Shown here one piece after another: positions 37,297 through 50,860 of a stretch of 64,000 nucleotides of DNA. Numbering within the stretch: the stretch's first letter is position 1; each line of letters opens with the position of its first letter. The stretch is from Ptychomitrium polyphyllum (lineage: Eukaryota), in the NCBI GenBank assembly GCA_973851085.1, contig OZ316775.1:22754001-22818000 (forward strand), in the 5' to 3' direction. The notes below the pieces were generated by a model. That model had not been told where the DNA came from. It saw nothing but the letters and a program-made list of their open reading frames with translations, and did not search any database. The position numbers and the translations under genes were made by a program.

Positions 37297-38405
37297 TGTA
37301 ACCTAATGTATCAACAAAACAACAAAATACAAATCCACTAGACGACCTATATAAGCCTAGAAAGATATTCTAAAGGGGTATTATGTAACTTTTGTCTAGA
37401 CCAATATGTATACCAAATGCTCATACGAGAAAGTGTGCTCTTAGGTTTAGAACCAAAGAAGGTTGTTGAGAAAAAAAACTTTTCATTTCATCTAAGAGGT
37501 CTTGGCATATCTTTGCAAATTATAGGAGACAACTATAAAGGTGGCAGGGAAAGAATAGGATTTTCTATGGCAAGTCATATGTAGCTATTAAGAAGTTTTA
37601 GAAGTTAATAGAATCTTAGATAAAAGTTTTTAAAAGTCAATGGAAGATTCTACAAGCACAAAGATTTTTCTAAAAGATTATAAAAGGTTTAAAAAAATTA
37701 TGAATGGTTTTGGAAAACTATGGAAGTCTTTAGAATGTTATTGATGATGTACAATCATGATAATATCCACCATTTACTACTGGTAAGTTCCAACAATTAT
37801 ATTCTTTAATGACTTATAGTTTCTGTCATGGACATAGATTATGCAACATAGTCTTTAAAACCTTCTAGAACCTTCTAGAACCTTCTTATATATTATAGTA
37901 GTTTCATAGAGTACTTTCAAATGTTTCCATAATCGTTTCTATGTTCTTAAGAAATTTCCTAGGAAAGTTCCACCATCTCAAGAAATCTTTGAGGAAAGTT
38001 CCATCATCTTAAGAAACTTCCTAGGAAAGTTCCACCACCTCAGGAAGCTTCCTAGAAAAATTGCACCACTTCAAGAAACTTTCTATGAAGGTACCATCAC
38101 CTCAGGAAACTTCATAGAAAGGTTCTAGTTCTTTAGGAAACTTTCTAAGAAGGTTCATAGACTTCTAGAACATTCTTAAGCCTTGTAAAAAGCTTCTTTA
38201 GAAGTATCCTAGGAGATACAAGCGTCATAGTATAAATAGGAGGCAAGATAAGGTATTCCTTAGTCTTGCCAACACAAGTTGTGGATTATATTGTATCCTA
38301 AATTATTCTAGTTTTTGTATCAAGTTCTTGATAATGATTAGCTCTATGGAAGCTAATTCTTGGAAAACACTTCATTTTTGCTTCTTTTTTTTTATGTCCC
38401 TAACA
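37297..38405 (+). mobile_element. LTR (~1.1 kb), TG...CA termini
   Basis: Begins TGTAAC immediately after a purine run (agagaag, PPT-like) and ends ...CCCTAACA. It contains many TTCTAGAA/AACCTTCTAG units, a 31-bp tandem array and TATAAATA at ~38231. Confidence 0.7.
37949..38156. repeat. 31-bp tandem array, ~6.7 copies, inside the LTR
   Basis: Units start at 37949, 37980, 38011, 38042, 38073, 38104 and 38135 (exact 31-nt period). Consensus AAGAAACTTCCTAGGAAAGTTCCACCACCTC. Confidence 0.92.
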
Positions 38406-39299
38406 ATTTCCATTGCTCTAGCAACTTCAAATTTCCTAAAAGATCTTTCAAAAAAACTTAAAATAACTCTTACTTATTTCAAATTATTGACATAAGTTGC
38501 CTCTACATTTTTGCAAGTACATTCACTTTGGATAAGTTGCAATGGATAAGAGTAATATATTCATGTGAGATTTTAGCAATTATCCTACTTCTAGAGAAGC
38601 TATTGTGAGATCCGCCAGTGTGTATGTGTATGTATCTTGTCTGAACATTGGTACTAAAATAATGGTCCAAAAGGACAAGCTTAATCAACGTGGTTTGAAC
38701 TATGACTGGATGTAAATGATAAAAGGAAATCTGGAGTAAGTGAGGTCAGGGGGAGGGGGGTGGGTTAGAGAGAGTGTGTCTGTCTGTGTGTGTGGTGCGC
38801 CCTGTGCTACTTACTTTGTTCTTCGCCTTTTGCTGCGCGGGTCGCTTGTCGTGACGATTGTGAGGATTGTGAGGATTGTGGGCAGGCTCTGCGCTTGCAA
38901 GCTGGTCCATTATGCAATCCATCCATTGTAGAGCAGGCATCCCCCCCCCGGTGTGTTGCGGTTGCGGAGGCTGGGGACCCTTACACCACACGTCGCACTT
39001 CACACTGCCTTGCAGCGCTTCTTATCCCTTACACCGGGCAATGCTTATCGAAGCTTGGATCTGTATCCCGCACTGGAATCCCGTCATGGAGGGTGGCCAG
39101 GGTCTATTTCTGCGCTCAGCAATTTCTCGTCGTATGTGATGCAGAGCCCTAAGTAGGATTTAGGGTTTTGGAGGTTTCGTCCCGAGAGAGAGAGACACAC
39201 ACACATGTACACACACACACACACATACTTGTGGACGTTTGCAAGTCGAGCACTGTTGCAAGTGTTTGGTGTTGCTGATGCTGGGAAGACTTTCTGAGC

Positions 39300-42200
39300 A
39301 TGGAATTGCACATAAAGGAGGAGCAGTTGCCGGGCGGAAAAATCCTCCGGGACCATGGGCCTTCGAGCAATTATTCTGCTAGTACGTTAACACGGCTTCG
39401 AAGCATTCGATTCAGTAGCTATTGAATTTTTCCTTTCCCCCTCTCTTTTCTTTTTCTCTTTTCCTCCTTTTCTTATTATGAGCTAGGCTCCACTGTTCTC
39501 ATCATAGTGGGTTTCCTTGTGAATCAGAAGGATTTCTGATAAGGAAGTTGAATTGTTGTCTCGAAAGAGAGAATGCATGCAGGTTCTGAAAGCACTAACA
39601 CGTCAGGGAACCATACTACCCCTGTTTCAAGTTCCTCGGGAACGCCGATTCGGGGTACTAGGATTAGTCCTCGGCCTGGGGCAGCGTTGGCTTTGGCAGC
39701 CGCTGCATCCAGGCAGGTTTCAAGGACGACGTCCACTCCGTTACATAGAGGTTCTCTCTTTGAGCAGGGCACAAGCTCAAGCCAGCATTTGCAGTCCGAT
39801 GATTTTTCTTTTGAAGATGTTGCTTCCAGGGAAATTGTCTCTTCTTCTACTCAGTTCGACAATGACATCACTCGAAACCAGGTTGGGATGACGGAATCTA
39901 TTTTATTGAAATCGCAAGGAACAGGGAAGGAGACGCTGGAGCTTTCGAGTGACACTCTTGCCTTGGACGGTCATCTTGCTTCTGTTGAAATGAAGAGATC
40001 ATCGTTAAGTACGGTGTTTGACTGGAAGAGCAGAAATCTAAGTCCATCTGTCGACATGGAGCATAATGCAGTTGGTGCTAATGGGCTTGCAGAACATTCA
40101 CTCAAGGAGATCCCCAGTTTTTCTGACGCAATAACCCAGGTCCATACAATTGATGAGGCTCTTCCGCAAGGACAACCAATGCCTTCACCAACTAAGCACA
40201 AAGAGATTCTCCAGCAAGCAGAATCTACGGGTTCATTGATTGAGCAGAATGATATTCTTCAGCAAGTAGAGCCTATGGATTCACTATTGAATCATTATGA
40301 TTTGATTCAGGACAAGGAGGAATATCCTTCCAATGTGCAAAAACTTCAGAATCTTATTGGGGATGTAGATGGGCCAGAGATTTTTAGCCACAACGATGTC
40401 GGTGACTCTTCTTTACATAAGGGCTATCATCATAGAGAGCATGACTATGCTAGCTCTGTAAGTTCATTTGAGGAGTCCAGTGATTCGGGTACAGATTTGA
40501 TTAACACGAATCAAGAGTTTTTATCAGATGACATGGATGAAGCTGTCAGTGCACTAGAAACAAACCTGGAACAGAAAGATGACACAATTGAGAAGGAGCC
40601 AATGCGGCCACCTACAGAACTTCAGTTGGCAGAAGAAGTAGAGATGCGTAATGCCACCTCGGGCTTGCATTGGGAAGAAGGTGCAGCTGCTCAACCAATG
40701 AGGCTGGAGGGCATTCAGAGAGGTCCACCTGCAATTGGCCTTTTGCAGCTTGATGCTTATAACACCCTCTCTCAAGCATTAGCCTCACCTTTTGTAAGGC
40801 GGGAGCATGGTTTTCCACAAGCCCTTGCAGTTCATGCAAATTTTATTGCTGTTGGGTTGTCCAAAGGAGCTGTTCTTATAACTCCTAGCAAGTATTCAGC
40901 GACTCGCAGTGCTGATGAGTTGGAATCTCAGAAGGTTTATCTGCCCCTTCTTTGTTAGGTTGTTCTGAAGATATCTTAGCATTATTATTTGCAGTTTTTC
41001 GTTCATTCTTGAAGTGATCATGATATGTACAATTTCATCGTTTTACTGTAGTTATTTTTTTTCTTCATTTGTGCTAAGATGCATTAAGAGTTATTTATTT
41101 CAAATAAGGATGCATCGTTTTCTCTAAAAATCAGATAATTGATTATGTTTTAGTTTTTATAATAAATATATACATCTGTCATGATCGAGGCAACAAATAT
41201 ATCGTGCTCAAGTGAACAAAATAATACAAAGTAGTATTGCAGCTTCTTTTGCATAGCTCAGAAAATGTACTGCACTTAATACTGTTCATCCTGCAGGCTT
41301 TTTTCTTAGGAGGAGGCATTGAAACAAAAGAACCTGTTAGTTCTCTTTGCTTCAGCCATCAAGGGGATCTGTTGTTAGTCGGCTATGCAAACGGACTTCT
41401 ACGTTTATGGGATGTCTCAAGAAGATCAATGTCAAAAATGATGAGCACTGAGCACTCGGAGGCCATTGTGCACACTCTGTTCTTAGGGCTAGATGCTCCG
41501 GGTGCACGAAGCCTAAGAGCAATTAGTGGTGACTGTAAAGGGAGGCTTCTGCATCACTCTTTTTCTCAGCAGATAATGCCTTTGCTTCGCCGGTTTTCTG
41601 TAGAGACTCATGTAATTGCTCTCAATGACGAGCCCTCTCTGACTCTACAATATTGGGTTGTGGAAGCTTCAAATGTCACAATTTTAACCGTAGCATTGAA
41701 TTCTTATTGTCTTCTCCTTTTTGGAAAGAGATTGTTCTGCAAATGTCTTTTTAGTAATGAGTGTTACGCACATCATATTCGTTGTTGCTCCGTAGTTGCA
41801 TTTGGATATGAATGATTTGAAAAGCAGGTACTGACGATTCCTCTTGGTTTTGTGCAAGGACAGTGTCTCCTCGAGGGTGACAAGACAGGTCCTGTGCTAT
41901 CTGTTTCACCTTTGCTGCCTGACGAAGGTCTACAAGTCGTGAATGGATTAAACTCCTCTTCCCAAGGCCGAACGTCCCATCCACCCACGCTTGGTAGTGT
42001 AATGGGTGGTATGGGGACTGTGGTGGGTGGAATGGTGGGTAGTGTGGGTGGTATGGATGTCGGTCGCAAGTTCCTCTACGATGGTGCAACTTCATTAGAT
42101 GAAGGACCAAGATCGATGTTTGTATTGGTCACACACCATACTGTTCTTGTGGTAACCTTCTATATTTTCCTGGGTTGTTGATGAAGTTTAACCTAAAAAA

Positions 42201-45200
42201 TTGTCTTCTGAACAAGGGCTTTGCGTGTTACATTTTTACAAGTAGCTTCTGATCAGTATAGAGTTGATTCTCTGTTGCAGGTGCGGCTGGCTGCTGATAT
42301 GCATGTAAGCCAGCCTTTAGAGGTTTTGTCTAAGTTAACTAGACCAACTGGAATTAGAGATGGTGCTATTGCATATACAGCATGGAGGCGTATTCGTTCT
42401 AAGCTTGGGTCCTCCGCTGTTTCTACTAGCGGAAACAAAGACTCCAATACATTAAATGGGAGTACTCCGATTGGGGTTGTCACTGACCGTGCCGATGTAA
42501 AGGATGAAAGTGACAGCGTCAACTATGTCGTAGATGACGATGATTTGCCAATGTTAGCTATGGGTTGGGATACAAAAATGTTCATCTGGCAGCTGACACA
42601 CTCAAATCTAAGAAAAGTGAGAGAATGGGAACTTGACAGTCCTGCTGTTGGACTTGCCTGGCTGGAAGAGCAGGTCAGTTTTTTGAATAACTTTCTGAAA
42701 TAAATTTTCATGCTTAGCAGATTACTACAATGAATGTATCAAGATCAACTTTCTTGTGGTTGTGAGGTCTCTGATTCATCAGGTTGGCGCTTTTGATATA
42801 CAAGAAATGGTCTTGGCCGTCAGGGTTAGAATAATGAGCTATCGAAGGTTACATTTGAGAAACCATGTTTTGCAGTGCTTCAGATGTGGAGAATGTATTG
42901 AGGTGTGTAAGAATGCATGCAGATGCTGGTTATTGTGACAGCCAAGGACGAGCTATGCTTGTTTACGAAGGAAGGAGTTGAATTGGAGCGTGGGTCCATA
43001 AGGGGAGAGCAAGAAGGTGTAGGATCTCTTATTTACCATACACATATTATGAATGCTCTTGGCAATCCAGAGAAAGCCTATCATAGCTCACTGTCTGTAC
43101 GTGGAGCTGCTCTGTATATAATGGGTCCCAACCAGCTATGGCGTGCTCGGTTGCTGCCTTGGCGGGAACGCATCAAAGCGCTAGAAGATGCTGGTGACTG
43201 GATGGGCGCATTCCACATTGCAATGGAGCTTTATGATGGGCGAGCAAGAGGGGTAACTGGTCTCCCGAGAGGATTAGATGCAATGCGAGATGCTATTATG
43301 AGTCCTTTGCTGGGGCTTCTGTCTTCCTATATAGACATGGCCTTTGCATACTTGTCGGTTGCGTTTGGGTCAACTTCAGAGACAGCTTCTCAAACTGCTG
43401 ATAAACAAGGTTCAGTGGGCTTGGGCCAAGATCTGCAGCAGGCTCGAGAACAGTATGCAAGGGTTGGTGGTGTGGCCATCGAGTTCTGTGTACACATTGG
43501 TAAACAGGACGTCTTGTTTGAGAATGTTTTTAGCAAGTTTGTGGCTGTTGGTCAAAGAGGTATGTTTCAAGGCATCGGCATCTGTTTTCTCTCTTATTTC
43601 TTCTCTCCTGTTTGTGTGTATAAGGTTGTACTCCCACTGGAAAGCTGGTTTCATCCTATTATGTTAATTGTCCAACATAATTGTTAATGGGTGATATCCG
43701 ATCAATCTTTAACGAAATGTCTTCTGAAACTGTTGGCATTGGTGTGCAGGTACATTTTTGGAGCTTCTGGAACCCTACATTCTGAAAGATATGCTGGGTG
43801 GCCTTGCTGCTGAGGTAGGTGTTATTGTCATAGGATCTCTGTTATCTATTAGTATAGCTGCAAAGTCCTCTGCAAACAGTCGTGTTGTTGTTCGGCATGC
43901 AATTTTATCCAAATTTTTCTCTGCGTAAGATTCGCTTGGATCCTCTCAACCTATAGACTGGTGAGGAAAGTATTTAATGTTTTTGTGGTCCCTCAATGTC
44001 TCAGGTTATGCAAGCACTCGTTGAACACTACAGCCACCATGGATGGTTGGAGAGAGTGGAACAATGTGTGCTTCACATGGATATTGGCTCTTTGGATTTT
44101 AACCAGGCAAGCCTTTACCCCTTTTATTCTTTAATCCATACTCATAGTAGGCAGGTAGGTCATAATGAACTTTTGGTCTTACGGGATGGTAATGCCTAGA
44201 TCAAAGTATGTGAACACTAACTGACAGTTGTAGATAAAATAATCTGTACCATCTGGAGAAGATAGATCTATTTTTATCATTAACAAACTTCTCACTTTCT
44301 CTCAATGCTGGCAGGTCTGTGTTAAAGTTCTTACGCCATTTGGTTCTCATCTAGTTTGGGTGGTGGCAGGTCGTGAGATTATGTAGAGAGCATGGTTTGT
44401 ATAGTGCACTTATTTATCTATACAATAGAGGCTTGGATGACTTCATATCTCCATTGGAGGAACTTTTAACAGTTGCAGACCATGCTTCCAACTCGTCACA
44501 TACTCAACTAGTTGGGTTTGTTTCTACTCCATGTGTCTCTTTCTGATCGTATTCGCGGTATTGAGGTTTGTCTGCTGTTTTCATTAGAGATGCGTATGTT
44601 TCATTTGAGCAGTTGATGCTTTTACTCTCTTTCATAGGTCTACTTTAGGATATCCTTGTGCGGTTCCCAGTTTCTGATTAAGGATGGCAAGGGAGTGTGC
44701 CTTATGCGAATGCACTTCTTTTATGCCTATAAAACACTGGGGTTTTAAACAGGTACAAGCTTTTGGTGTACTTAAAGTATTGCTTCTCTGGTCTTGCCTT
44801 CCCACCCGGTAAGTATATACCAAAGTCATTAATATTTCTGGAGATTGAAGCTTGATAATTTTTTTACTTCATGATTTGGAGCTTCTCTGTTACCTAATAA
44901 GCTATTGAGTTAATTTTTGATGTATCTGTTGTGCGCGGGAATAGAGGCGATGGCTGTGGTTCTTTAATAGGCTTCTATGTTTATTGATTATTTTCTTACC
45001 TGACATTAGAAAATGGATTTCACCTTGCTACAGGCCATGGCTCTCTTCCAACTACCCGGCTGCCAGGGTTACGAGCTGAAATCTTGCAATTTCTTCTTGA
45101 TCAGGAAGGTTCCATCAGAGGAAAATCTCTTACGAGCTTCAAGGCAGAAGAGTCAGGAGTGTATCCTCGATTGTGGTTTCTGTTGCATGTTGACATCCAA

Positions 45201-48200
45201 GCAACCCTCCTAGTCTTGAGATTAGCATTTCCTGAACATGGTCCGTTGAGTATTGGGAAGCAAGGTTTTGCTTATCTGACTAGTGCTGATGATGAAGATT
45301 TAGTTCTTTCAGCTTCTGACGATGTTCATGACGGAGTGAGGTATGTGCAAGCGACAGTTAATGCTTTTATTCAGATTTTGAAACCATCTCATCAACTCAC
45401 AAGTGATGCAAAGGAGGTGGACAGAAATTCTGAAGACTCTGAAGTACGTTGGCCTTCAAAGGAAGATGTTGGATGTCTTCTCGACTTTGTGGCACAGTTT
45501 GTGGCATCCAGACATGCTGTTGTATCGAGTTCTACTTTTATGAAGATTTTAGAGTATGTGGCATCACCTGCCCTAGGAAGTGACGTTGCATGGGCTAAAG
45601 AGGATTTGATGGTGAGGCTGCTGAGTGCCGTTCCTGATTCAAACTTGAATTCGTCTCGTACTCTTCTACTAGCACAAAGGAACAATTTCTGGCAGGTAAG
45701 CCTTTGAACAACTTGTGTTGATTTGGCTAGCATCCATTACTTGTAAGCTGATCCATTTTTTTTCCATTCAACATTGTTCTTGAATTTCGTTTGCTGCAGT
45801 TAAGTTATTTAGAATGATTTACAAGAGATGTTGGCTCTTAATTTTTTTGAGCAGGTAAGTGGCTTGCTTCACACACGCAGTGGTGAGTATGAAGCAGCAC
45901 TGAATGACTACTTAAGCGACAAAACTCGGACTGGACAACCCTTTTTGTACATCATGCAAATGCTTGATCATCAGAAGGGGTTAAAGGGGTTAGAGCTCAT
46001 CAAATTTCGTGAAGCCGTCATCTTGCGCATCCCAGAACTTGTGCAACGGAGTAGGTAATATCTATTTTACCAGAGTCATTCCTATAGTAGAAAGTTTTAG
46101 GGTTTTAGGGTTTAAGGTTTTGAATTGGCACTAATACATTTGAGTGTGTTTATACATCAGCAAAAGCGCACTGTGGATCGTTTTGAAGCATCTGAGCGGC
46201 AACAATCAGCAAGTTATTGAGAAGCTTGCAAGTCATCCAAAGCTCTTGTTTGGTTATATGAAGGGTATCATGGATGCTCGTTCTGGTGGTAGCAATTCTT
46301 CTGGGATAGAGAATCCATTTATGTTATCACATAGTAAACACAAGGAACGGCCGGCAAATCGTCAGCAGTCTGTATCGGGCAGGTTCAGCAGTATCGATCA
46401 GTGGGAACCAAATGTAGACATCAAGGATTTATTGCAACGGTCCGATATAATCTTAACAGATGATATGGCAGAACTTTATGTGGAGGTAAATCTGACATAT
46501 TCTCCCAAACAAGGGTTAGAGCTGCTTCCCCAAAATTTTGTTCATACTGTCCTTATAAGTCCAATGAATTGTTTTATACCTATTTAGTCATTTTGGACGT
46601 ATTTTCTCTCGCAGAACAGTCCCTCTGGGACTTACGACAACAGTGCTTGTCGACATTTTCGGAATTCAAACAATTTCTTCTTGTCTTTGATGCGTATACG
46701 TGCTTTTTGGATTCTTGAAGCCTCTGGATTTGGATTGACGTTTTGTTCAGATTCAGCTAATTATGCCTCTTGATTTAATGCTTATGATGCTAAGGTGGTT
46801 GTCATTCGATTTCTCATGCACAGTGATTTTTCTGACAACTTGCTGGACATGCAGCTGTTATGCCAATTCGAACCACATGCTGTGCTAAGATTTTTGGAAA
46901 GCTATGAAAACTATCGTCTGGAGCACTGCCTTAAATTATGTCAGGAGTATGGTATTACAGATGCAGCAATATTCTTATTAGAGCGTGTTGGTGATGTTGC
47001 AAGTGCTCTGAATCTTCTGCTCAAGGATCTGGATCGTTGTAGAGATGGTTTGGAACTTTCTTTCTCCACCTTGTCAAGCACCTCTGTGCAAGCTTTTGAG
47101 AAGGACGATAAGCTGCTGTTCAATGCTCCAGAGGTTAGTTATTGAAAACCAAATCGACTGCTTTGTGAAGTTGTGCTTATCAATTGTTGTTTTTGGACTG
47201 TTTTCCTGGAGCTGTTCATGGGAATAATACATGTCCAATATTACCTCTAAGGATCAAGCCTAAATTACTAAAGTGTTTTGCGCCAAGGCAAATATGTTCT
47301 TGTTTTTGGGGCTAAGAAGCCGCAAAAACTGTTGTTATTTGCCAAACTTGCAGGTAGAGGCAGTTAGAGCATCTGTTGCTGCGGCAGTAACTTTGTGTCA
47401 GCGTAACACTCAGCGGCTTGATCCTCAGGAATCAACTATGCTCTGGTTTCGCCTCCTCGACAAGTACGGTCTTATCTTTCTGCACACGTTATGCTTTAGA
47501 AATGAAGCCGACAGAATTCTTTCTCTTCTACTTTAGAAGTTACTTCGTGCTGTCGTTGTTGTTAGGCGTTTATGGCTCTGGTTGTCTCTTATCATTTTGC
47601 AGCATTGTGGAACCATCGAAAGGTACATCAGATTCTGGTGGAGTTCTGGAAAGTTCTGAGTACAAGAAGACAAGTTCAGACTTTCAGAAAAGTTCCGGAA
47701 AGCAAGAACCGGCAGATTTTGGAAGAGGAAAAGTACGAGGAAACCCAAGGGCTCAGCGGAAGGTGGTCATAAAACAGGCAAAAGGTCAGATTTTGCAATT
47801 ATAACTTCGTATAACTAAGACCTGAAAACATTGATTACATCTATTTGAAAATTGCTAACTAGTTTTTAGTTGCTGTGAGTTCTTCTTTTTTTGACAAGTT
47901 TGAACTGTAACATCCTGGCTTAATTACCTGATTATGGTAGGAATTTGAAAAGGCTGCTGTGCACGATTCACACGAGTTGCTTTTTATGTTTCTGTGCTCC
48001 CAGGAAAGCTTTTGAAGAAAGTTCTTGTGTCGATCATGGGGTATATTATAGATGGGATGATGGGCTACATCCCTCTGCATGTCATAATGGAGAAAATACT
48101 GGCAGATCATGGGAATCACCCGTTTGGAGATTTCCGTCCTACAATTTTAAACATGCTCAGTGCGTATGGCTATGAGCGGACCATACTGGTAGAGTACTTG

Positions 48201-49169
48201 AACCTATTTATGTGGATTATTGTACATCGTCTGCAATCTTCGTCTTCACAGTGTTGTTGATAGTAGAATGCTACTACTTATCGACTCTATTTTTGTGTGA
48301 GGTGCAGAGGACTGCAAAGCATCTTATTGAGGAGGACTCTTTCTATAATATAAAAGCGCTTCGTCAAGGCTATACACATGGATATGCTGCTGCTTCTTCC
48401 ATTTGCTGCATTTGTGGACTCAGATTCGAGGACGACGCTATTAAAGGCCTCACAAGGAATTCTAATGGCAGAGTAGTTAGGGCTGCGTCACGTCGTTCAA
48501 ATGCATTTAGTATTTATTCCTGTGGGCATGCTGCACACATTGTTTGCATAGCTGATGAGGGGTCGAATAAAGAAGATTCGGTTTCTCTAGGGTGCCCTGT
48601 TTGTTCCCTAAAGGTGAAATCAAGCAGCTCGTCGCATCTTGCAAAGAATCCTATTTGGAAAAGAGGAGATGAAGCCATCATAGGTTCTACGAGTTCAAGC
48701 TCCGATACAATGGCTGCTTATTTGGTAGACGCAGCAATCAAGAGCAAGCACCATGCCATGAAGGCCTCTCAAGTATGATCCCTCTTTTGCTTCTGTGATT
48801 TCCTTGTATAATGAACTCTGTTCTTCTTCTACTGGTTAATTTTATTATCCCTATCTTACATATGCCAACTTTGTTAGATGTAGTTTTGTGTCCCTAGATA
48901 GCTGAAGACTTGACCTAGCATTAGAGACGTACACTCTATCTTCTCATATCTTTAGATAAATCGAGATTCACTAATTTTCCTGGTTACTTCAGCTGGCTGT
49001 ACTGAAGCAGCTGCAGCAGGGAAAACAACTTTCAGATCTGGGACCTTCACTTAAACTCCATCTGGCACCACCTCACAAAGTTCGTGCTCGGAGGGCACCT
49101 GCTCCTGAAAGCAGTGGAACGTCAAGAAGTAAGTCTGCTCATAAAACCTCAACAAGCTTGCGGAGATGA
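39300..49169 (+). CDS. VPS8: Vacuolar protein sorting-associated protein 8 (CORVET subunit; WD40 propeller, Vps8 domain, CHCR, C-terminal RING-H2)
   Basis: Exon 1 (39300-39381) joins in phase to 39583. Motifs: LHWEEGAAAQPMRLEG, REHGFPQALAVH, GNPEKAYHSSLSVRGA, LLPWRERIKAL...GDWMGA, FLELLEPYILKDMLGGL, QALVEHY...GWLERVEQCVLHMDIGSLDFNQVVRLCREHGLY, LLCQFEPHAVLRFLE, AAIFLLERVGD, LCQRNT...LWFRLLD, FGDFRPTILNMLSAYGYE. RING: CCIC...CGHAAHIVC...CPVC. Stop at 49167-49169. Confidence 0.96.
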
Positions 49170-50860
49170 TATGTTATACCAAGGAAGGGTCTGAAGGGCG
49201 GATGATACAAGGATCGTCAGAAAGCATCTGGTAAATCAAGTTAATGTACCAGTATTATTTGATATCTTCGCATCCCGTTGTTCTCATGCTCAAAGTGTAT
49301 TATGCGCTTGTGACGCTGCTTTATCTTCCTCTATGGCCTAACTCTCTGGTTTCTGCGTGTTTTCGTTCAATTCCTGCAGTTCGGATTTTTACAGGCTACT
49401 ATAGATTTTTTCTGAATCAGTTCACTCTGGTTAGTACCGTTGCTTCTTTAGAGGACTTGTTGTATATGTCTCTTCTAGCCATGGTCATCGTGTGATGTGC
49501 CACTGACATACTGTTCACGACACTGTATTGCAGTTCTTGCCACAAAGTTGCACTACGTTATTTTGAACCTGGCGCATGCCTTTCTTCCAAGTAAGTGCTC
49601 GAATAAGCCTCGACCTTAAGGAGGCTGACTGTCGAATGGCAAATTGGCTCCGTCCCTCATTATCCCCTTACGAACCTCTGGATCGCCAATCCAGTGGTGA
49701 GATTTCCAAATAGCAATTTAGTTCAAATTCATATTCCTTGGCTCCAATCGGTCAAAGGGCCTTATTACAGACACATTATATACGTAACTTAGAGAAGGGC
49801 TTCAATTGTGTCCTGGAGGTTTGGTTATGTTTACACCCATTGTTCATGTCCCAGCAGTTAGGCCATAGACTGAAGGTTTTTGTATTGAACTTCTACTCCC
49901 TTGTTGTTGAAGCAAGAATAGAGATTTTTAATTATTTTGGTTTGGACGATGAAGTTGGCTGTATGGCATGCTAGTGCAATGAACATGTTGTTGGAACTGG
50001 TTTGATATATAAACTTCAGTTACAATTGTTTACAATTGATAAGGCTTTTATTTTGCCACTGTAGTATTTATATGTCAGTTATGAGGCTTTTGGTATCATA
50101 GTGTGTATCGTACTGGTACTGGGAAGCAAGGATTTTTCACGTCTTTTGGGATAATATTATTGGAGGCGAAGAGACATAACATGCAGTTACCCAGTATCTT
50201 TGCTAATAAAGATGAAGTTGTCTAGTCCTTCATGAGCCATTACCCATATTCAGTCTATGTTTAGATTAGATCCTCTCGTTCGGCACACCTTGCCGGTGCA
50301 CTAATTTTTCAAGTTACTTACCTGCACAATATTGCAAATTTCATGCTCGTTCTATTGATGTAAGAAATGAATAACTCACTGGTAAACTATGCATTTTGCT
50401 TATATGTTTGTTTGCAGTTTGTGAAGGGTTGGATTACCATGCCTATTGGGTCGGCAACGGTTCATGAGGCGAACAGGGACACTTTAAGAGTATCTTTCTG
50501 CGGAGGCGTCATCTTGTGTAGCTGAGCTGACAGCTACTGAAGCATTGAACGAGTTCTATTTGGGTCCTTAAGGTAATATTGCAATGGTTTGTGCCCTCCA
50601 TATGCACAAGTTTAGATCGAAGAACTCAACGAGTCTGCTTGGTGGTGAAGGGAGAAAGCCCTGTTTGAAATGATGCTTAGATTTTTATGACTGAAATTCT
50701 CGGCTGTACATGTTCTACGTTTTGTGAGTGTACGTGATTAAATGTCAAGCGAATTGTTCTTTGGCTTCTTCTGGTTAGGCTGCAAATGTAAGTCATTTAG
50801 AAAGAGGTTTTGGATAGCACCCAACTCAGTCCACGTGAATCCCTCCCTTTAGTCGGGGAG

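Larger units (their letters stand above)
34750..38405 (+). mobile_element. Heavily decayed Gypsy-like LTR retrotransposon relic (internal pol remnants plus 3' LTR)
   Basis: AT-rich gene-free block with no long ORF. Short decayed segments resemble the RT start (~34815-34920), integrase (~35740-35930) and a chromodomain (~36375-36630). It ends in an LTR-like sequence. The left boundary is approximate and no 5' LTR was seen. Confidence 0.55.

Noticed and set aside
37949..38156. 31-bp palindromic repeats as a CRISPR array
   Set aside because: The units are head-to-tail with no unique spacers, no cas genes are present, and the array lies in a eukaryotic LTR.
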